Shown here piece by piece: positions 57,726 to 64,000 of a stretch of 64,000 nucleotides of DNA. Origin of the DNA: Thermoplasmata archaeon (GTDB lineage Archaea > Thermoplasmatota > E2 > JACPAO01 > JAHFTW01). The stretch lies in the NCBI GenBank assembly GCA_034667725.1, contig JAXDQS010000003.1:160001-224000 (forward strand), read 5' to 3'. The notes beneath the pieces were generated by a model. That model saw only the letters and a program-made list of their open reading frames with translations. It searched no databases and had not been told where the DNA came from. A program made the translations under genes and the position numbers. The first letter of the stretch is position 1; each line of letters starts with the position of its first letter.

Positions 57726-58840
57726 GGGCCGGTCGCCGCGTCCCGCGTCCCCGACAGCAGCCGCACCATGCGCGTCTCGTTCCAGCCCGTGACGACCCGG
57801 ATGTGCTTGGGCGCCGAGGCGTCGAGCTCCGCGTCGCCGGTGTCGATGTGCAGCCCCTTGAGGCCGGTGAGCTTCTCCGGTGGCGCGATGACCTGCACGT
57901 TGTCCCAGCCCACGGCCTTGAGCACGTCGGGCCGGAACACTTGCGTGCCGCGGCCGAGCAGCATCCCCTGGCCGCCGATGGTGGACAGCACGATGCGGAC
58001 CTTGCCGTTCTTGGCAAGCTGCGCCTGCGCCATCTCGGCGATGCGGCGGTCGTCGAGGTCGGTGGCGACGATGCGCGAGCCCTGGATGGCGTCCACGCCC
58101 AGGAGAGTGGGCTTGCCCCAGAACTGCGACTTGACGGCGACGCACACCGAGCCGGCGCCGACGAAGTGGAGCGCGTCCGGGTCCCAGTCGCGCAGCACCT
58201 GCTCCACCAGCGGCTCCAGCGGCGTCTCGACCGAGGTGGCCACCTTGCCCTGCTGGATGGCGGGCGACAGCGGGACGCGCAGGCTGCCCTTGAGCTCGAT
58301 GTCCACGCTGCCCTTGCGGTAGGCCACCTCGTCGAGGTCGGTGACGTCGCGCAGGATGGTCTCGAAGCCCGGCGCAAGGTGCGCCACCAGCCACGCCGCC
58401 TCGGCCACGTCGTGGGTGTAGACGGCGCTCGTGATCTTGACGCCGGCGGGCACGCCGAGGCACGGGACGCTGGTGCCGACGGCCCGGCTCACGTCGGTGG
58501 CGGTGCCGTCGCCGCCGAGGAAGCACAGCAGGTCGACCTTGGCGTCCCGGAGCGCGACGGCGGCGCGCTGGGTGTCGAGGTGGGAGGTGGCGCCCAGCTC
58601 CAGCTTGGCGGCCTCCATCACAAGGCGGGCGCCGGGCACGAGGTCGCCGCCCATGGCGCCGGGCACGGTCCACCATTCGACCGCGTCGCCGACCAGGCCG
58701 ACGAAGCGGCGGGCGCGCTCCGGCGCGGTGGGCGCGTAGCCGTGCTCCAAGGCGTCCTTCCAGCCGGTGTCGGAGCCCTTGTAGCCTCCCGGCCCCCCGA
58801 GCCCCGCGACGGGGTTCACCAGGAGGCCGGCCCGGAGCAC
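57722..58840 (-). CDS. ATP-NAD kinase family protein (archaeal type)
   Basis: [43 protein letters not shown]. Confidence 0.85.
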   Translation of the reverse strand: MLRAGLLVNPVAGLGGPGGYKGSDTGWKDALEHGYAPTAPERARRFVGLVGDAVEWWTVPGAMGGDLVPGARLVMEAAKLELGATSHLDTQRAAVALRDAKVDLLCFLGGDGTATDVSRAVGTSVPCLGVPAGVKITSAVYTHDVAEAAWLVAHLAPGFETILRDVTDLDEVAYRKGSVDIELKGSLRVPLSPAIQQGKVATSVETPLEPLVEQVLRDWDPDALHFVGAGSVCVAVKSQFWGKPTLLGVDAIQGSRIVATDLDDRRIAEMAQAQLAKNGKVRIVLSTIGGQGMLLGRGTQVFRPDVLKAVGWDNVQVIAPPEKLTGLKGLHIDTGDAELDASAPKHIRVVTGWNETRMVRLLSGTRDAATGP

Positions 58841-58896
58841 TTACCGCTCCAGGCGGTCCGTGCCGTGCGCGTCGCGCTGCCAGCAGCCGACCGGAG

Positions 58897-60375
58897 TCAT
58901 GCTGCCTCCAGTCGGCTTAGTGTGTGCCACCGCAGCACGAGCTTGCGGGCGGCGGTGGCCTCGTCGAGGCGCTTGACCGGTGTCGTGTGCGGGGCGGCGT
59001 GGACGAGGGCGGGGTCTTCCTTCGCGATGGCCTGGACGGCGGCGACGAAGCGGTCCAGCTCGCTCCGGCTGGCGGACTCGGTCGGCTCGAACATGATGGC
59101 CTCGGGCACCAGGAGGGGGAAGTAGACGGTGGGCGCGTGCAGGCCGTAGTCCAGGAGGCGCTTGCCGACGTCGCCGGCGGTGATGCCGGTGCGCTTCTTC
59201 AGGCCCGACGCGGAGGCGACGAACTCGTGCATGGAGCGGCCGGGGTGCGGGAAGTCCAGCACGCCCGTGAGCTTGGCCTTGACGTAGTTGGCGTTGAGGC
59301 AGGCGATCTCGGCGGCCCGGGTGATTCCAGGTCCGCCTAGCATGCACATGTAGCTGTAGGCGCGCACAAGCGCGGCGCCTTGGCCGTAGCCGGCCTTGAT
59401 TTTGCCGACCGACTGGGGGTGCCGGTCCATGTCCTCGGCGGCGAAGGTGCCGTCCGACTTCTTGGCGATGCGCGGCACCGGCAGGAACGCCTCCAGCCGC
59501 TTCTTGACGCCGATGGGGCCGGCGCCGGGGCCGCCGCCGCCGTGGGGCACGGCGAAGGTCTTGTGGAGGTTGATGTGGACGATGTCGAAGCCCATGTCGC
59601 CGGGGCGCGCCTGGCCCGTGATGGCGTTGAGGTTGGCGCCGTCGTAGTAGAGCAGGGCGCCGGCGTCGTGCACCATCTTCTGGATCTGCTGGATGTTCTT
59701 CTCGAAGATGCCCACGGTGTTCGGGTTGGTGAGCATGAACGCCGCCGTCCTGGGGCCGATCGCGCCCTGGAGGGCCTGCAGGTCCACCAGCCCGTCCGGG
59801 CCGGAGGCGATCTCGACCACCTTGTAGCCCGCCATCGACGCCGTCGCGGGGTTGGTGCCGTGGGCGGTGTCGGGAAGGATGACCTCGTCGCGGTGACCCT
59901 CGCCGCGCGACTCATGGTAGGCACGGGCGACCAGCAGGCCGAGGAACTCGCCTTGGGCGCCGGCGGCGGGCTGGAGCGACACGGCGTCCATGCCGGTGAC
60001 CTCCGCGAGCCAGCGCTCCAGCTCGAAGAAAATCTCCAGGCTGCCCTGGATGGTGCGCGGGTCCTGGGAGGGATGCACCAGGTTGACGGTGCTGAGGCCG
60101 GCGACCTCGTCGCACGCCTTCGGGTTGTGCTTCATCGTGCACGATCCGAGCGGGTAGAGCGCGGTGTCGTTGCCGAAGTTCTTTTGACTCAGCTTGGTGA
60201 AGTGCGCAACCGCCTGCGGCTCGCTGAGGCCGAAGTCGCGCTCGGTGCCGGGCGCGAACTGCAGCTCTTTCGGGACGCGGGCGGCGAGGCGCTCGTCGGC
60301 GGGGCCTTGGTTGGTGCCGGTCTGGCCGGGACGGGCCTCCTCGACCACGAGCGGGACCTCGTGCGGGATGATCAT
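58897..60375 (-). CDS. gcvPB: glycine dehydrogenase (decarboxylating) subunit 2
   Basis: YPLGSCTMKHNP, QPAAGAQGE, YDGANLNA, NLHKTF..PHGGGGPG, EPTES. Confidence 0.95.
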   Translation of the reverse strand: MIIPHEVPLVVEEARPGQTGTNQGPADERLAARVPKELQFAPGTERDFGLSEPQAVAHFTKLSQKNFGNDTALYPLGSCTMKHNPKACDEVAGLSTVNLVHPSQDPRTIQGSLEIFFELERWLAEVTGMDAVSLQPAAGAQGEFLGLLVARAYHESRGEGHRDEVILPDTAHGTNPATASMAGYKVVEIASGPDGLVDLQALQGAIGPRTAAFMLTNPNTVGIFEKNIQQIQKMVHDAGALLYYDGANLNAITGQARPGDMGFDIVHINLHKTFAVPHGGGGPGAGPIGVKKRLEAFLPVPRIAKKSDGTFAAEDMDRHPQSVGKIKAGYGQGAALVRAYSYMCMLGGPGITRAAEIACLNANYVKAKLTGVLDFPHPGRSMHEFVASASGLKKRTGITAGDVGKRLLDYGLHAPTVYFPLLVPEAIMFEPTESASRSELDRFVAAVQAIAKEDPALVHAAPHTTPVKRLDEATAARKLVLRWHTLSRLEAA

Positions 60376-60407
60376 CAGCGACACGCCGGGAGTAGGCGTC
60401 TTGAGGG

Positions 60408-61808
60408 TCAAGCGAGGACCCCCTTGAGCGACGGCATCACGGCGCGGGTGAGGCGCTGGTAGTCCTCCTCCATGTGGACCGGCGACGCGCCCCACAGCAG
60501 GCAGTTCCGCAGCTTCGGCACGTCGCGCTCCAGGCCCCAGCCGACGTGGACGCCCTCCTTGAGCGCCTTCTCGTGCAGCGCCTTTGGGTCTTGGACATGG
60601 GTGACCAATTCGTTGTAGAACTGCCCGGAGAAGCGGGGGCGCAATCCGGCGGCGGCAAGCGCGGACTCCAGCCGGGCGCCGGCCTCCAGGTTCTGCAAGC
60701 CCATGGTGCGCAATCCGGTGCGGCCGAGCATCGTGAGGTGGATGGCCGCCTGGTTGGCGATCAGCGCCTCGTTGGAGCAGATGTTGGAGGTCGCCTTGCT
60801 GCGCCGGATGTGCTGCTCGCGCGCCTGGAGCGTCATGACGAAGCCGCGCTTGCCGGCCTCGTCCTTGGTGGCGCCGATGATGCGGCCCGGCATCTTCCGC
60901 ACCAGCGCCTCGGTCGCGCAGAACACGCCGAGAAGCGGGCCGCCGAGGGCAGGGGCGCCGCCGAAGCAGGAGCCCTCCGCCACCACGATGTCGGCGCCCA
61001 GCCTGCCGGGCGGGGTCGCAACACCCATGCTCGTGAGGTCCACGCCCATGACGAACAGCGCGCCGGCCGCGTGCGCCAATTCGCCGGCCTTCTTCGCCTC
61101 CGCCTCGAACACGCCGAAGTGGTTCGGGTTCTCCAGGTACACGCCGGCGACGTCGGGGCCGAGCTTGGCCTGGAGGCTCCCGAGGTCGGCGCGGCCGGTC
61201 TTGTCGTCGTAGCCGTAGGACTCCACCGTGATGCCGGGGCCGACGGTGTAGTTCCGGAGGATGCTGCGCTTCTCCCAGCCCATGTGCTCCGGGACCAGGA
61301 ACCTCATGCGGCCGGTGTGGCGGGTGGCCATCAGGGCGGCCTCGCCGAGGGAGGTCGGATGGTCGTACATGCCCGCGTTCGACACCTCCATCCCGGTGAT
61401 GTCGCACATCAGCGACTGGTACTCGAAGATCACTTGCAGCAGGCCCTGCGACACCTCCGGCTGGTACGGCGTGTAGGAGGTGATGAACTCCTGCCGGTGC
61501 GCCACCGCCTTGACGGCCGCGGGGACCATCTGGGGCTTGAGGCCGCCGCCCAGGAACACCGCCATGCGCTCGTAGGACTGGTTCTTCGCCAGCAGGGTCC
61601 GCAGCCGGCGCACCATGTGCCGCTCGGGCTCGGCGACCGGCAGCCGCAGCGGCTTGGCGCGCACCGCGGCGGGGATGTCCGAGAACAGGTCCTGGGCCGT
61701 GGCAACTCCGGCCACGCGGGCCATCTCGGCCTCCAACGCATGGTTGGGGATGAGGTGCACGCGCGCGCGAGCCAAGGCCGGCTCATAAGGCGTGGCCTGG
61801 GCCGCCAT
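60408..61808 (-). CDS. gcvPA: glycine dehydrogenase (decarboxylating) subunit 1
   Basis: EFITSYTPYQPEVSQG.LQ.IFEYQ, LQAREQHIRRSKATSNICSN. Confidence 0.95.
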   Translation of the reverse strand: MAAQATPYEPALARARVHLIPNHALEAEMARVAGVATAQDLFSDIPAAVRAKPLRLPVAEPERHMVRRLRTLLAKNQSYERMAVFLGGGLKPQMVPAAVKAVAHRQEFITSYTPYQPEVSQGLLQVIFEYQSLMCDITGMEVSNAGMYDHPTSLGEAALMATRHTGRMRFLVPEHMGWEKRSILRNYTVGPGITVESYGYDDKTGRADLGSLQAKLGPDVAGVYLENPNHFGVFEAEAKKAGELAHAAGALFVMGVDLTSMGVATPPGRLGADIVVAEGSCFGGAPALGGPLLGVFCATEALVRKMPGRIIGATKDEAGKRGFVMTLQAREQHIRRSKATSNICSNEALIANQAAIHLTMLGRTGLRTMGLQNLEAGARLESALAAAGLRPRFSGQFYNELVTHVQDPKALHEKALKEGVHVGWGLERDVPKLRNCLLWGASPVHMEEDYQRLTRAVMPSLKGVLA

Positions 61809-61869
61809 CGGAGGCCAGGGAAGGGCTGCGCTCGCCAGCTTCAAGTGCTTCCTGGCGTGCTCGCCCCGC

Positions 61870-62931
61870 GTGCGTCCCTTGCCCGTCTTCGTCCTGCTCC
61901 TGGCCGCGGCCGCCGCGGGCTGCGTCACGCCGGAGCCCGTGCAAGACCTGCGCCCCGACGTTGCCGTCCTCCTCCCCGCCGACTGCGCCGCCCTCGGCTG
62001 GCGTTGCACCGACGCGCCGGAGGAGATGGTCGTGCAAGGGCTCGACCTCCGCCCGACGGGGCAGGAGACCGTCGGCATCTGGATCGAGGGCCTCACGAAA
62101 CCCCTCCTGCTGCACGACGTCACGGTGGCAGGGTTCGCAAGCGGCGTCCACGTGGGCCCCTCGGCGTGCTCCGCCTGCCCGGTCCGCCTGCGCCAGGTCC
62201 ACCTGCTTGGCCCCGCCCCGGAGGGCCCCCTCGACCTCTCCGACCCCCTCTCCATCGGCGTCCTCGACGAAGGCGGCGCCGGCGACCTCGAGCTTTCGGA
62301 CATGGAGGTGCGAGGCTACCGCATCGGCATCGCCGCCACCCCCTTGCACGAAGGCCCCGTCCGCGGCAAGCTCGGCCTGGAGCGCGTGGACGTCACCTGC
62401 GGGATGCTGGGCGTCTACGCCGCCGCCCAGCGCATCGAGACGGTGGACGTGCAGGTCCGCGGCTGCTCCGAAGGCCTTGGCCTGCAGGCGCTCGGTGCCT
62501 CCACCCTGGCCGGCGGGTCCGCCACCGGCAGCGACGTCGGCGCGCGGCTCTCGGGCGACTGGCGCGTCACCGGCTTCGAGGCCAGCGGCAACCGCCTGGG
62601 CATCGTCCACCACGAGGGGCTCCTGGACGCCGAGGGCCTCACCATCACCGGCAACGGTGCTGCCGACGACCCCTTGTCGGGCGGCCTGGTGTCGACCGGC
62701 TCCGGCTCGGTGCACGGCTCCACCCTCGCGGGCAACCTGGGCGTCGCCCTCCAAGCCAGCGTCACCGACCTGCCCGAGGGCGAGGCGCGCACCTTTGACG
62801 CCACCGGCAACTGGTGGGGCGCCGCCACCGGCCCGACGCCGCATCCCGCGCGGGCGCCCGGGCTCGGCGACTCGTTCTCCGGCCCCGTGGAGGTCGTGCC
62901 GTTCCTGGCCGCGCCGCCCGCTAGTGCCTGA
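61870..62931 (+). CDS. lipoprotein with parallel beta-helix-like repeats
   Basis: AAAGC lipobox; periodic GI.I/.GN repeats; DATGNWWG. Confidence 0.65.
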   Translation: MRPLPVFVLLLAAAAAGCVTPEPVQDLRPDVAVLLPADCAALGWRCTDAPEEMVVQGLDLRPTGQETVGIWIEGLTKPLLLHDVTVAGFASGVHVGPSACSACPVRLRQVHLLGPAPEGPLDLSDPLSIGVLDEGGAGDLELSDMEVRGYRIGIAATPLHEGPVRGKLGLERVDVTCGMLGVYAAAQRIETVDVQVRGCSEGLGLQALGASTLAGGSATGSDVGARLSGDWRVTGFEASGNRLGIVHHEGLLDAEGLTITGNGAADDPLSGGLVSTGSGSVHGSTLAGNLGVALQASVTDLPEGEARTFDATGNWWGAATGPTPHPARAPGLGDSFSGPVEVVPFLAAPPASA

Positions 62932-63073
62932 GCCCGAACGGCAGCAGCGCCACCGGGAACAGGAAGAACACCCAGAGGCCGTTCTCGCCTTGCAGGGTCA
63001 GCACCACGGACACGACGGCGGTCAGCACGAGCATGGCCAGCGCCACCAGCGCCCGCCACGTCCCGCGCCGCAT
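62921..63073 (-). CDS. 50-aa membrane microprotein
   Basis: TGATG-coupled to gcvH; two hydrophobic segments. Confidence 0.5.
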   Translation of the reverse strand: MRRGTWRALVALAMLVLTAVVSVVLTLQGENGLWVFFLFPVALLPFGLRH

Positions 63074-63453
63074 CACTCGGTCTCGGCCAGGTAGTCCTCG
63101 GCGGACAGCAGGCCCTTCGCCTGGCTGGCGTCCGCCATCTTGATGCGCAGGAGCCAGCCCTTGCCGTAGGGATCCTCGTTGAGGGTCTCGGGGGCGTCGT
63201 CCAACGCCGCGTTGACGGCCAGCACCTTGCCTGCCACGGGCATGTAGAGGTCGGACACCGACTTGACGGACTCCACCACGCCGAACTCCTCGTCGGCCTG
63301 GAACTCGTCGCCGACCTTCGGCAGCTCGACGAACACGATGTCGTTGAGCGCCTCCTGGGCATGGTCGGTGATGCCGATGGTGGCGGTGTCGCCCTCGATG
63401 CGGACCCACTCGTGGGACTTGGTGTACAAGAGGTCCGGGGGGGTCTTGGACAT
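63073..63453 (-). CDS. gcvH: glycine cleavage system H protein
   Basis: YTKSHEW, GITDHAQ, VESVKSVSD (lipoyl-Lys), N.DPYGKGW. Confidence 0.97.
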   Translation of the reverse strand: MSKTPPDLLYTKSHEWVRIEGDTATIGITDHAQEALNDIVFVELPKVGDEFQADEEFGVVESVKSVSDLYMPVAGKVLAVNAALDDAPETLNEDPYGKGWLLRIKMADASQAKGLLSAEDYLAETE

Positions 63454-63582
63454 GCACGGGGGACCGTGCCCCTCGCCTTAGGCGTGTCGGGCGATCCGGC
63501 CAGCCCATCCGAAAGGTCAAGAACCGCTCCCTTGTCGCCGCAACCGCGGGCTCGGGCCCGCTGGCGCCCCATCCAACCGGAT

Positions 63583-63656
63583 CGGGACTTAGTCTAGCTC
63601 GGTTAGGCGCCAGACTGTAAATCTGGAGTAGGCCGGTTCAAATCCGGCAGTCCCGA
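63583..63656 (+). tRNA. tRNA-Tyr (GTA), intronless, archaeal type
   Basis: CGGGACT/AGTCCCG acceptor stem (C1-G72), CCAGA-CT-GTA-AA-TCTGG, short variable loop. Confidence 0.95.
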
Positions 63657-63850
63657 CTTCTTTCCCCCCTTCTTCCTTGGTTTCTTCGTCCGTGAAGGGT
63701 GCGCGTCAGCGCCGCCGATGCGCAGCGAGGCGCAGGGGTGGTCGTCGAGCGAATGCGAGGACGACCGCCCAGGGGGTCCTAGGGGCGAAGCCCCTAGCTG
63801 CGGGTGAGGCCGGTTCAAATCCGGCAGTCCCGACTTCTTTCCCCCCTTCT
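63630..63850 (+). mobile_element. 133-bp GNA-hairpin insert flanked by a perfect 44-bp duplication of the tRNA-Tyr 3' end
   Basis: 63630-63673 is identical to 63807-63850; the insert shares its architecture and 27/29 bp core with 14750-14778; mobility is inferred. Confidence 0.72.
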
Positions 63851-64000
63851 CCGTCCTTTCTGGCGGCCTGCGGCCCCCCGGCCCGGCGTTGCTTTCCCCT
63901 CGATTCCGGGTCCCTCCCAGCCGGCCCCTCTCCTGGGCCCCTCCAACCCTCTCCTGATGCCCTCCGAAGCCGGTTTCCGCCACCCCCGTTTCCACTGGCC

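Noticed and set aside
63454-63582. Glycine riboswitch upstream of gcvH
   Set aside because: No aptamer consensus seen; the region is short and contains the divergent tRNA promoter
63807-63833. Second tRNA gene downstream of tRNA-Tyr
   Set aside because: Only the T-arm and acceptor 3' strand are present; no D-arm or anticodon arm

Overview
High-GC chromosomal segment of an archaeon, most likely Thermoplasmatota. Archaeal markers are rps8e, SRP19, FEN1 with PIP box, XPD, archaeal-type PheT/ArgRS and tRNA-Tyr with a C1-G72 pair; bacterial-type UvrA/UvrC, class II HMG-CoA reductase and a DUF6015-like protein are also present. Most of the window is housekeeping: purSLQ, purM, gcvH/PA/PB, a ccmABCDE-like operon, several lipoproteins, HTH-10/ArsR/Lrp regulators and four tRNAs (Thr-GGT, Thr-TGT, Glu-CTC, Tyr-GTA). 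The most notable unexplained features are: (1) short non-coding inserts built from GNA-triloop hairpins, each lying between a direct duplication of a gene 3' end (a DsbA-like CDS, tRNA-Tyr, and a related one at tRNA-Thr), with covarying stems between the two larger copies; (2) a ~3.6 kb lower-GC island at tRNA-Glu, bounded by a degenerate att-like repeat, encoding a translationally coupled ParB-like + divergent diadenylate-cyclase (DAC) pair and a DUF5591-like remnant; (3) a second dispersed hairpin family built from 9-bp CACGGAT units (3 copies); (4) a membrane Ser/Thr kinase facing an HTH-FHA regulator. All family calls come from motif recognition by eye, with no database search. Starts were refined by hand, and GC differences are visual estimates.
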